A stretch of 32,000 nt of DNA. It comes from Candidatus Electrothrix sp. GW3-4 (GTDB lineage: Bacteria > Desulfobacterota > Desulfobulbia > Desulfobulbales > Desulfobulbaceae). Under the pieces are notes generated by a model. That model made no database searches, was not told the DNA's origin, and worked only from the letters and a program-made list of their open reading frames with translations. The stretch is from contig NZ_CP147990.1 of NCBI RefSeq assembly GCF_037902255.1, positions 3,870,001 to 3,902,000 on the forward strand. Direction: 5' to 3'. Numbering within the stretch: the first letter of the stretch is position 1; each line of letters starts with the position of its first letter. This document shows, one piece after another, positions 9,562 to 18,403 of this stretch. Position numbers and translations under genes: made by a program.

Positions 9562-10646
9562 CCGCAGTATGCGGACAGGCAGCCTCCTTTTTTCTCCCCC
9601 ACGAAAAAATCGCCTCCATAGAACCGCTGGGCGGGGGGATTGTCAACGATACCTGGCGCCTCACGCTTTCATCTGGGCAAAAATATATCCTTCAGCGGCT
9701 CAACCCATCAGTCTTCTCTGACCCTATTGCGGTTCAAGATAACCTGCGCAAGGTTACCAAGCATATCCACAGCCAGCTTCCAGCAGTACCTCAGTTACAT
9801 GGTCGTGACTTTACCCTGTTCCGCCCTGTTACCAATGAGGCGGGAGCAATAAGCTACCAGGACAACAAGGGCGCTTATTGGCGCCTGCTTACCCATATTG
9901 ATCATGCCCGCCCCCTGGATTCGATCTCCACGTCCAGCCAGGCCGAGGAGATCGGAGCCACCCTTGGCCTGTTTCACCAGCTCCTTGCCACCCTGCCCCT
10001 GGATTCTCTCACAGACCCGTTACCCGGTTTTCACAACACGCCGCTCTATCTTGCCCAATATGATCGGGTGCGCTTTGCTCCTCAAAATCCTGAGGTCGAG
10101 GATTGTCGACGTTTTATTGAGCAGCACCGGCAAGACGCCTTTCTTCTGGAGAATGCCCGCAAACATGGGAGCATAGGCCAACAGGTCATTCATGCTGACC
10201 CTAAAGTGGCCAATTTCCTCTTCTCCGCAGATAAAAAAAAGGCCATCAGCCTCATTGACCTGGATACAGTGAAACCCGGCCTCCTGCTCCACGATATCGG
10301 CGACTGCCTCCGCTCTTGCTGCAATCCCCTTGGGGAAGAGGTGGTGCACCCGGAGGAAATTCTCTTTCGGACCGATTTTTTTAGCGCTGCCGTGAACGGG
10401 TACCTGGAGACCGCTGCCGACCTGCTCAACTCTGGGGACAAGCGCCTCCTGATCGACAGTGTTTGGCTGATCAGCTTTGAGCTCGGCCTTCGTTTTTATA
10501 GCGATTATCTCGTCAATAACTGTTACTTTAAGATTGATTATCCAGAACAGAATCTCTTCCGGGCCCGAGTGCAGTTTGCCCTCGCGCGATCTATCAAACA
10601 GCAACATGACAGGCTATACGCATTGATCCAGCAGACCTCCCTGTAA
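9558..10646 (+). CDS. Phosphotransferase of the APH/choline-kinase fold (aminoglycoside phosphotransferase family; N-acetylhexosamine-1-kinase-like)
   Basis: 362-aa ORF. It has a Gly-rich N-terminal loop (IEPLGGGIVNDTWRL), a catalytic-loop motif (VIHADPKVANFLF) and a metal-binding motif (SLIDLDTVKPGLLLHDIGD), which I recall resembles NahK-type sugar kinases. The TTG start overlaps the mazG-like stop (TTGA). Confidence 0.75.
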   Translation: MTAVCGQAASFFLPHEKIASIEPLGGGIVNDTWRLTLSSGQKYILQRLNPSVFSDPIAVQDNLRKVTKHIHSQLPAVPQLHGRDFTLFRPVTNEAGAISYQDNKGAYWRLLTHIDHARPLDSISTSSQAEEIGATLGLFHQLLATLPLDSLTDPLPGFHNTPLYLAQYDRVRFAPQNPEVEDCRRFIEQHRQDAFLLENARKHGSIGQQVIHADPKVANFLFSADKKKAISLIDLDTVKPGLLLHDIGDCLRSCCNPLGEEVVHPEEILFRTDFFSAAVNGYLETAADLLNSGDKRLLIDSVWLISFELGLRFYSDYLVNNCYFKIDYPEQNLFRARVQFALARSIKQQHDRLYALIQQTSL

Positions 10647-10742
10647 CTGAAAAGACGCAACATTCTTTATGAGTTAAACGGGCGCATCAAACCTGTTCGT
10701 CCACTGCGCATGAAAGACAAAAAGACGTACAAAAGGAAAAAG

Positions 10743-11609
10743 ATGAAGAAAGGAATACAACAACATAATGGACTAAAAACTGGCATATCAATCTTCTCTC
10801 TTCTTGTCGTGCTGTTAGCTGGTGGCCTCCTGGTGCTCTTGGGTATATTCGGCACAAATCCAAACACCCCAGCTGGACACGAAGGATATGTTTATGAGAA
10901 GCCGAGAATATTCGGCAAAGGCGGCTTTCGTGGAGAACTCAAAGGGCCCTCAAATTACGGTATCTCGTTATGGAGGAACGAGGTCATGAATGTTGATTTC
11001 CGACCCAAGACCTATCCGGAAAATTTCAAGATCCTGGCCAAGGACGAGCTGAACATATCCTTCCGTTTTCAATCGATCATTAAAGTGAAGCCGGGAACCA
11101 TCAGGACGGTTGTGGAGGATTACGCAGGCGATGCCTTTTATGAGCGCTATATCAAGGAGCCACTCAGGGCAATGGTACGCAAGCATGTTCAATATCTCAA
11201 AAGTCGTGAGATCAAGGAAAAACGAAAAGAGATAGCTGCGGCCGTGTCCACCGATCTTCAGGAACATCTCAAAGGAACACCCTTTATCCTGGTCTCCAGC
11301 GTTGTCGGTAATATCGATTACCCCCCTGTCGTTACCCAGGCCGTTGAAAAAAAACTGGCTGCCCAACAGCTGCTTGATGAAAAAGAGACCCAGCGGGAAA
11401 TCGCCAAAAAGGATGCTGAAATCCGCATCGAAGAGGCCAAGGGTATTGCCGAAGCGCAGAAGATTATCAATACGACCCTGACCCAGAACTATCTGCAACA
11501 CGAAGCCATTCAGGCGCAACTCAAGATGGCCTCTTCACCGAACCATACCACGGTATATATTCCGGCCGGGGCCAACGGGATACCGTTAATTGGCACGGTC
11601 AATAAATGA
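10743..11609 (+). CDS. SPFH/band-7 (prohibitin-like) domain membrane protein
   Basis: It has an N-terminal TM helix (ISIFSLLVVLLAGGLLVLLGIFG). An SPFH core follows (ILAKDELNISFRFQSIIKVKPG...AMVRKHVQYLKSREI), then a coiled-coil tail (QREIAKKDAEIRIEEAKGIAEAQKII). I prefer the start at 10743 (AGGA 5 nt upstream). The ORF-track start at 10710 adds 11 residues. Confidence 0.82.
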   Translation: MKKGIQQHNGLKTGISIFSLLVVLLAGGLLVLLGIFGTNPNTPAGHEGYVYEKPRIFGKGGFRGELKGPSNYGISLWRNEVMNVDFRPKTYPENFKILAKDELNISFRFQSIIKVKPGTIRTVVEDYAGDAFYERYIKEPLRAMVRKHVQYLKSREIKEKRKEIAAAVSTDLQEHLKGTPFILVSSVVGNIDYPPVVTQAVEKKLAAQQLLDEKETQREIAKKDAEIRIEEAKGIAEAQKIINTTLTQNYLQHEAIQAQLKMASSPNHTTVYIPAGANGIPLIGTVNK

Positions 11610-11707
11610 TGTCTTCTCCACAAAGAGATAGCCCTGCCCTCTGACATGAGCATCACAAGGCAACTAAATTTTACCTACACCACAAACCAGAACGACCCAA
11701 AAGTATC

Positions 11708-12130
11708 ATGAAAATAGCAGATGGAAAAACCGTTACCATTGACTACACCCTGAGCCTGAAAAACGGCGATATCATAGAAACCACCAAGGACGACGAACCT
11801 GTCACCTATGTCCAAGGCTCTGGTGAGGTTATTGAGGGACTGGAACAGGCAGTTGCAGGTCTGGAGAACGGCACGAAAAAAGATATTATTCTGCCGGTCG
11901 CCCATGCCTTTGGTGCGCACGATCCCGAGGCCCTGCTTGCAATCCCGAAAACAGATCTCCCGCCGGAATCGCTTGTTCCAGAAACCATCCTTCACGCCAA
12001 CGGCCCTAAGGGACAGACCATTAACGGAAAGGTGGTAGAGGTAAAGGAGGACACGGTTATCGTGGACTTCAATCATCCCCTGGCAGGACAAGAGCTCTAT
12101 TGCGCCGTCCATATTATTGATGTTCAGTAA
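11708..12130 (+). CDS. FKBP-type peptidyl-prolyl cis-trans isomerase (SlyD/SlpA family)
   Basis: 140-aa ORF with a typical SlyD/SlpA layout: MKIADGKTVTIDYTL...GSGEVIEGLEQAVAGLENG...AFGAHDPE...VIVDFNHPLAGQELYCAVHIIDV. It lacks a His-rich metal-binding tail. Confidence 0.88.
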   Translation: MKIADGKTVTIDYTLSLKNGDIIETTKDDEPVTYVQGSGEVIEGLEQAVAGLENGTKKDIILPVAHAFGAHDPEALLAIPKTDLPPESLVPETILHANGPKGQTINGKVVEVKEDTVIVDFNHPLAGQELYCAVHIIDVQ

Positions 12131-12246
12131 CTCCCATCCCGCCCCAGCGGACCAGGACAACAAAACATGAAAGGTGAAACCCTGGTCTGCTTTGCCCACC
12201 ACTTTCAGAGAAAAGCTAAAAAAAGAGATCAGCAGGAGAAGAGAGC

Positions 12247-12951
12247 ATGACTGAACAGCTAATAAAGAAAAAAGGGGTCTCCTTACAACAGGTCTTGTTG
12301 ATTGTTGCAGGGGCAATGGTCGTAACCGTCCTGCTCACCTTCTTTGCAATCAAGACCTGGCTTTTCCCTGCACCGTTTACACCAGTGGAGCTGAATCAAC
12401 AGGAAGAACAACGCTTGGAGCAAAAGCTCAGCCGCTTTGATGTCGTTGCAGCCCCTGCCGCAGCAACAACTGCACGTACACGCTCCTTTACTCCTCAGCC
12501 CGGGGATTATGATGAGCAGGGGGCCTTAAAGCCGGAACGCTATTCTGAAGAGGGGGCAAACCGAGAGATCACCTTCACAGAACGCGAGCTGAACGGGCTC
12601 TTGGCCAATAATACGGATCTGGCCCAAAAGATGGCAATAGATCTGGATACCGATGTGGTGAGCCTGCGTCTTTTGATCCCGATTGACCCTGATTTCCCGA
12701 TAATGGGCGGTAAGATCCTCCGGGTTCGAGCCGGGGCAGAACTCGCCTATCGCGAGAATAAACCCGTCGTGATCCTCAAAGGGGTTTCAGTGATGGGGGT
12801 TCCGATCCCCAATGCCTGGCTGGGCGGGCTGAAGAATATTGATCTTATGCAGGAGTTTGGTGGTGAACCAGGCTTCTGGCAGAGCTTAGGAGAAGGGGTG
12901 GAAAGCATTCAGGTCCAGAAAGGTGAACTCTACGTCAAACTGAAGGAGTGA
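12247..12951 (+). CDS. Hypothetical membrane-anchored (N-terminal TM) protein, probably periplasm-facing
   Basis: 234-aa ORF with AGGAG 9 nt upstream of the ATG. It has a single N-terminal TM helix (VLLIVAGAMVVTVLLTFFAI) followed by a soluble domain. I recognise no family. Confidence 0.6.
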   Translation: MTEQLIKKKGVSLQQVLLIVAGAMVVTVLLTFFAIKTWLFPAPFTPVELNQQEEQRLEQKLSRFDVVAAPAAATTARTRSFTPQPGDYDEQGALKPERYSEEGANREITFTERELNGLLANNTDLAQKMAIDLDTDVVSLRLLIPIDPDFPIMGGKILRVRAGAELAYRENKPVVILKGVSVMGVPIPNAWLGGLKNIDLMQEFGGEPGFWQSLGEGVESIQVQKGELYVKLKE

Positions 12952-12970
12952 GAGAAAAGAGGGCTGTCGA

Positions 12971-15193
12971 CTATCTGCTTGAATCCAAAAGCTGCCGGTT
13001 TGCCGTTACCAGGCGTTCGGCAATGACTCGCAGCATCAGATTCTGGATAGATTCAGCCAAGAGAGGTTCTTCTCGTTGAATGGCCTGCATAGAACTTTTT
13101 GTGAGTCGGTACACAACAGTATTCTTGTCAGCAACAATCGTTGCTGTCCGGGGAATATTGAGGCAATACCCCACTTCACCGACCATCGTGCCGATACAGA
13201 TTGTTTGCAGACGAACCGGATGCTGGTTACCGGTCTGAAGATAGATTGAAATCTGCCCTGATTCAACGAAATACAGCGAATCTGAGGCCTCTCCCTGCCG
13301 TACCAGGAGTTCTTTTGCATTGAGGGTGGACTTTTGCAGATAGGATTTCAACAGGCGTATCTGTTCCCTTTGAAAACCTTTTGCAAGCAGTTGCAAGGGT
13401 AAGGCAAGACTTTCCTGCGCCCCCCCGCTGTGGGGTTCCAGCAAGGCATCTTCACACCAAGACAGGGCCCTGTCCAGGTCCGAAGCAAATCTCAGGGACT
13501 TTTCGTTCGGTCGAATCCCATTATACACCATCTGTTGCTTTAACTGGGGCGATAACGAGCTCAGTATAACTGTAAAACCGAATGAATCAGCGAGATACAG
13601 AATACGGGTGAAACAGAAGGCAGCCGAAGAATCCACCCCTGTCACCCGCCGAAAATCGATAATCAGGTACTGTAGAGGGAGCGTTGCTCGGAGCCGGGAT
13701 TGCAGTTCACTGAGAATAGCATTGGCGGTGCCAAAAAAAATAAATCCATGCAGTTCAAGAACGTGGGTGTGCCACCCCAGCCTGACCAATTGCTTACGCT
13801 CGCGTGACGAACGCAAGACATTGCTGGTGAGCTCTGCGCCAGAGAGTTTACGGTAAAAGATATCTGTCCGGCTATAGCTGATCACAAAGGTAAACATCAT
13901 AACGACAAAGCCCAGGACGATGCCGGTCATAAAGTTTGTCACCATGATCGTCAAGCCGATAATGGTAATCATCCCATAATCAACCAGTGGAAGCGCACTC
14001 CATTTCTTTATCAGCCAATTATAGAGGAAGGTGATCCCCTGAAAGACGAGCAGGCCACCTAACACCGCTTTGGGAACGAAAAAGAGCAGAGGCCGTCCAA
14101 AGAAGAGGATCACCAGGGGCATTATCCCGGCAATAAGACCTAAGGTCCGTGTTCGGGCCACGGTCATGTCTCGCCCCAATGAGGTGGTCCCTAACGAATG
14201 AAAGCCTATCATACCACCAGCCAATGCCGACAGAATATTGGTTTTACCTGCGGCCTCAAGTTCATGGTTCAGGTCCATATCTTTCCGCTCGCTCATCTCG
14301 ATCCCACTGAGGTTCAACAAAAGGCTGATTGGAGTAATAATGAGAACCGCGCCGATATTGTCCAGCTGCCCTTGGAGTATATCCCAGCGGGCAGAGAAGA
14401 AATGTTTTGGATTAATAAAAGGCCAGCCAGATGCTAAATCCATATCTCCGAGCAGCAGCCCGGCATCAGCCGCATTTTGGATATTGCTGTCACTAGCAAT
14501 CAACAAGAGATAAAAGAGTATTGCCTCGGCAAGGAGCAGGCCTGGCAAGGCTAAACTATGTTGGATGCGCCGGGTACCGATAAAGAGGAGAAGGCCAAAC
14601 AGGACACCGGGGAGCCAGAGTTCCATCTCGCTGCCAGTGAATAATCTCACCAAATTTTTTGCGCTGAGATTATAGTCCACCATGGTTCCTATGCCACCAA
14701 GGAGCAGCATAATGCCGGTACCGGCCATAAAACCACCAATGACAGGATAGGGGAGATAGCGCACCAGGATGCCCAATTTAAACTTTCCCAACAGGATCAG
14801 AATCACCCCATTAAGGAGCGTTGTCAGGGCGATGAGAACAAAAATCGTAGACATAGCCGCATCTGGCGTGGTCAGGGTGGCTGTGATGGCAGAGATCGAT
14901 GTTGCCATAACAACCAGAGGACTATCCTGCAGGCCAGCTATCACCCCTCTGTTCCCCGAAAAAAAACTCACACTGAGGGCAGTGACCGATACCGTAACCA
15001 AGGCCATAACGATCCCTCTCGGGAGCTCTGCGGCCAGCGGACCAACAAAAATAAGGCTGGTGAGTGAGACAGAAAAAATACTCAGGAGGGTGCCGAGAAG
15101 TACGCCTGCCGTGATTGTTGATAACCAAGCCGGGGACTGCGTTCGAATACCGACTCTTTCGGTTTTTGTTTCTTTTAATGGTACCGATGGCAT
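12971..15193 (-). CDS. SulP/SLC26 family anion transporter fused to STAS and cyclic-nucleotide-binding (CAP_ED) domains
   Basis: 740-aa ORF. Roughly the first 450 aa are polytopic membrane sequence with SulP character. A STAS-like region follows (LELHGFIFFGTANAIL...YLIIDFRRVTGVDSSAA). The C-terminal cNMP-binding fold is LVRQGEASDSLYFVESGQISIYL...GTMVGEVGYCLNIPRTATIVA. Confidence 0.85.
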   Translation of the reverse strand: MPSVPLKETKTERVGIRTQSPAWLSTITAGVLLGTLLSIFSVSLTSLIFVGPLAAELPRGIVMALVTVSVTALSVSFFSGNRGVIAGLQDSPLVVMATSISAITATLTTPDAAMSTIFVLIALTTLLNGVILILLGKFKLGILVRYLPYPVIGGFMAGTGIMLLLGGIGTMVDYNLSAKNLVRLFTGSEMELWLPGVLFGLLLFIGTRRIQHSLALPGLLLAEAILFYLLLIASDSNIQNAADAGLLLGDMDLASGWPFINPKHFFSARWDILQGQLDNIGAVLIITPISLLLNLSGIEMSERKDMDLNHELEAAGKTNILSALAGGMIGFHSLGTTSLGRDMTVARTRTLGLIAGIMPLVILFFGRPLLFFVPKAVLGGLLVFQGITFLYNWLIKKWSALPLVDYGMITIIGLTIMVTNFMTGIVLGFVVMMFTFVISYSRTDIFYRKLSGAELTSNVLRSSRERKQLVRLGWHTHVLELHGFIFFGTANAILSELQSRLRATLPLQYLIIDFRRVTGVDSSAAFCFTRILYLADSFGFTVILSSLSPQLKQQMVYNGIRPNEKSLRFASDLDRALSWCEDALLEPHSGGAQESLALPLQLLAKGFQREQIRLLKSYLQKSTLNAKELLVRQGEASDSLYFVESGQISIYLQTGNQHPVRLQTICIGTMVGEVGYCLNIPRTATIVADKNTVVYRLTKSSMQAIQREEPLLAESIQNLMLRVIAERLVTANRQLLDSSR

Positions 15194-15361
15194 AGTATTT
15201 TAATAGATCCTGCTGCAACTGTTAGTGAGTCTCTGCGGCAGGACATTCAGGACAGCTGCGGTGAATGTTGCGGCGCTCTCTGGGGGGAGGGTCAGGAAAA
15301 AAATTTGCTCGTTCTTTGCTGGCAATGCCTGCCTAACAAAAAAATCCTATAGAGAGCCTTT

Positions 15362-16384
15362 TCAGTTTGATGTAGTAGAAATTTTTTTGCGCAAAAGATT
15401 TTTTACTGAAGTCGTGTCGTCAGGACTCTCCTGCCGGGCCTTTTTCAGATCTTGAATAGCGTCGGAGACACATTTGTATTGTTCCCAGCCCGCGAGCTTG
15501 GCGTCCAGATCAACATGCTCCCATTTCGCATGTCCGTTTTTCTTCAACCACCCTTCATTTTTATAGATAATCCGTGCAACCTCTCCGACATCTTTACAAT
15601 TCTGGTGATTTTCGTCATAATTATAGCTCATGAGAACAGCCTTTACCGCAAAGGTATTGATGGGCTCTTTTTGCCAGTTATATGTTCCGGCAGGAATGAT
15701 GGACGGCACATAATGCTCAGCGATACGTTGGTTTGTTATGGAGAGAAGGTGAAGATTTTCGGTGTAGATACCTGAAAAAAGACTTACAGGGTATCCAGAA
15801 ATATAAATCATCGCGTCAATAACCTCTGAGCGAAGCAGCATGAGGGCTTTCTTAGGATCCCCATACTTTGTTTCACGTGGAGTAACGCCTGCGACTTCAA
15901 AAAGAAGAGAAGCGGTCAGCGCTGTACCACTCCCTTCGGAGCCGATGGCAACGATTTTTCCTTCCAAGTCAGCAAAGGACTTGATAGAACGAGAGGCCAA
16001 GATATGGACCTCTTCATTGTACAGCGGAAAAATCATTTTGATCTGCTTGGCTATCTTATTCAGCTCACTATCACCGGAAGAGTGAATAGAGGCCAAAACA
16101 TCAGACTGAACAATACCCATCTGAAGATCTTTGCGTTCATAAACATCCGCAATATTATCTAAGGAGCCATTGGAAGGGTAAACATTCAGATAGATGCCCT
16201 CCTGCTTAACCAACCTGGAGATATCGTATCCGATTTGGATATACGTTCCCTTTGTCCCCCCAGTGACAATACCCATCTCAGTTGCTGCGAATGTCGGAGA
16301 GACCAGAGAAACAACATAGACAAAAAAGGCGACAGGAGCTAAGAACGTATATGATCGTAATGAGTTCATGTGTTTTTGCACCAT
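15362..16384 (-). CDS. TAXI-family TRAP-type solute-binding protein (periplasmic), with no membrane partner in the window
   Basis: 340-aa ORF with a signal peptide (FLAPVAFFVYVVSLVSPTFAA). TAXI hallmarks are present: IVTGGTKGTYIQIGYDISRLV, NGSLDNIADV, LQMGIVQSDV, LYNEEVHILASRSIKSFADLEGKIVAIGSEGSGT. The start may be Met6 (16369). Confidence 0.8.
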   Translation of the reverse strand: MVQKHMNSLRSYTFLAPVAFFVYVVSLVSPTFAATEMGIVTGGTKGTYIQIGYDISRLVKQEGIYLNVYPSNGSLDNIADVYERKDLQMGIVQSDVLASIHSSGDSELNKIAKQIKMIFPLYNEEVHILASRSIKSFADLEGKIVAIGSEGSGTALTASLLFEVAGVTPRETKYGDPKKALMLLRSEVIDAMIYISGYPVSLFSGIYTENLHLLSITNQRIAEHYVPSIIPAGTYNWQKEPINTFAVKAVLMSYNYDENHQNCKDVGEVARIIYKNEGWLKKNGHAKWEHVDLDAKLAGWEQYKCVSDAIQDLKKARQESPDDTTSVKNLLRKKISTTSN

Positions 16385-16697
16385 TAAAATAGTTTTTTCG
16401 TCAGATACGAGGTACTGACGTGCAATCTGGAATTACCTGCTGGAAGAACATAGGACGCCAACTTGGCAAGAATACGTGATGCTACCCGTTATAGCTAGTT
16501 TAACCAACTGTCGTTATAAGTCAATAAAATAACGTGCCATGTCAAAAAAAAGAACGCATAAAATCGCCTCTCTCTTACAGGAAAGCATTACCTTTATGTG
16601 GTACATATTTTTTATACATTACAAAGCAGGATATGTCTATTTTTCTTTCTCTCTAATCGTTCGTTAGCAATGAGCCGCAGTGTGCACCACAACGGCC

Positions 16698-18176
16698 TCA
16701 GTCTTCTAATAATTGGTAAATTATCGGCATCTGTTCACGAATCCTTTGCAATGTCAGGGCATCAATTGTTCCGCCAGTCATGGGAATGCGCCTGACATAT
16801 TCCTGCAACCTTCCGGGAACTCTCCCGTACTTGTACGAATAAGGGAATTTCCCCGTATTATCGATGACGTTATTCCTGTTGTCAGGGTTAGGCACACTGA
16901 TATATAGTTCACTTTCCGAAAGTTTGTTACCTGTTGCAAACAACTGTTTTTCCCTTATGTACTTATACAGCTCAACAGCTGTATTTTGCGCAGGATCAAT
17001 CAGCGTTATATCTTCCTCCATATAGGGTTTATACCTGTATTCCCCATCCGCTGATCGATATTGATACAGTTCATCAAGAATCTGATGGATCTCCTGTTCC
17101 AGGTAAGGATAATGGGTGCATCCTAAAATCAGTACCTTCAATTTATTCTGCGTGTTGGAAGCGGAAGCTCTCACTTTCTCCAGCAGAGAAACAAGATGAA
17201 ATCGCATATAATTAACAGGATCATTGATCTGCATTGCAGAGCAGTCTGACGCATCATTGCTGCCACAGAGCATCTTCGAGTCGGAGAAATCAAAGTGATA
17301 CATGTCCAGCAGCGACGTTCTGATCCCATCTTCTGCTTCCGCAGCAGGCCCCTTGTAGTTTTGGTTCCAACCGACAGCGTGAGCATCATAGTAATCTTTA
17401 TCTCCATCGATAGCTTCGGCGATGCCCGTTCCTCCCTGCGCAACAACTTCTATCTCGGCGTCTACCTGTTCCTCCTTGGCTATTTCCCTGAGAGCCTTTT
17501 CATATCCGCCTGAGCTCACAGTCCCTGCTGTTGCCAGTAAGCCTATTATTCCCCCATCAGCATTTGTAAAATGCTCCAGGGCTGCCCTTGCTCCTGCATC
17601 AATGACACCGATGACCTTGATGTTCAATCCTGTCTTGTCCATCAATAACTTAATCTTTTCCGTACCGTATGCCGTGGCGGTATTGCAGGCTATAACGATT
17701 GATTTTACAGGCAGTTTATCAGCTTTATAGGTGGTGGACTGTGCATCGGGGTAGTACCTGTTTGAGAGCAGGAACTGCACATCTTTGATAATATGTTCTT
17801 CCAGCAGAACATCCTTGCTCTCTTTATGGTAATTCCCATAGGGCATATTGGCGAGATCGCCGAGATATATAAATTTTTCCCCTTCAAAGTCGTTTGCATG
17901 ATCGCCCCCGACAGTGTGGTGGATATTGTCAAACTCATCAAGATTGATAATGGAGTTAAAGACAGTCAACCCCCCTGTCCCGGAGTCGAAGATACCTATA
18001 GGTAATTTTTCTCTCTTTTTCGGATAATGTTCAACATCTATATAGAAGTAGTTATCCTTTTGGGCCAGCATGATCTGAATAATATCTTCAATGGGTTTAT
18101 TCCCTGTTCGGACATGAACAGGAACGCATCCAAGAAAGGCTGACAAAAAAAGAAGGAGCAATATTTTGTAGAGCAT
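16698..18176 (-). CDS. Asp/Glu racemase superfamily protein, MurI (glutamate racemase)-like, with signal peptide/probable lipobox and large insertions
   Basis: 492-aa ORF carrying all four MurI signature blocks in order: IGIFDSGTGGLTV (res 60-72), YLGDLANMPYG (104-114), IACNTATA (Cys164) and LGCTHYP (Cys353). The N-terminus MLYKILLLLFLSAFLGC looks like a signal peptide with a lipobox-like FLGC (Cys17). Confidence 0.75.
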   Translation of the reverse strand: MLYKILLLLFLSAFLGCVPVHVRTGNKPIEDIIQIMLAQKDNYFYIDVEHYPKKREKLPIGIFDSGTGGLTVFNSIINLDEFDNIHHTVGGDHANDFEGEKFIYLGDLANMPYGNYHKESKDVLLEEHIIKDVQFLLSNRYYPDAQSTTYKADKLPVKSIVIACNTATAYGTEKIKLLMDKTGLNIKVIGVIDAGARAALEHFTNADGGIIGLLATAGTVSSGGYEKALREIAKEEQVDAEIEVVAQGGTGIAEAIDGDKDYYDAHAVGWNQNYKGPAAEAEDGIRTSLLDMYHFDFSDSKMLCGSNDASDCSAMQINDPVNYMRFHLVSLLEKVRASASNTQNKLKVLILGCTHYPYLEQEIHQILDELYQYRSADGEYRYKPYMEEDITLIDPAQNTAVELYKYIREKQLFATGNKLSESELYISVPNPDNRNNVIDNTGKFPYSYKYGRVPGRLQEYVRRIPMTGGTIDALTLQRIREQMPIIYQLLED

Positions 18177-18403
18177 AGCAACGGTGTCAGAAGTTTTATT
18201 TGACGTGGTTCTGTAACCAACAGCTTCAGGGACAGACCACAGGTGACAAAAATCAACACATGCGGGAGTTTTTTCCGCCCGCAGCCAGATGACAAGTTTT
18301 GCTTTCCTTGTTTTCCAGCCTCAGCACTCTCTCTTGCTTTGATATAGTAAACCTGACAGCATCAGTCCAGATTATTTTGAGAAAATTTCCTTCCTTCCTC
18401 CCT

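Noticed and set aside
12167-12250. A 27-codon ORF (MKGETLVCFAHHFQRKAKKRDQQEKRA) whose stop overlaps the ATG of the 234-aa hypothetical gene (GCATGA).
   Set aside because: It is below any length at which I can judge coding potential. It has only a weak GGA 11 nt upstream and no recognisable motif. It could be a coupled leader peptide, but the support is insufficient.
16524-16539. A perfect sigma-54 -24 box (TGGCACG on the minus strand, 16539-16533) about 150 nt upstream of the TAXI gene.
   Set aside because: The -12 position reads TTTAT rather than TTGC. The essentially invariant GC dinucleotide is missing, so I do not call it a promoter. A PWM scan or TSS mapping could revisit this.
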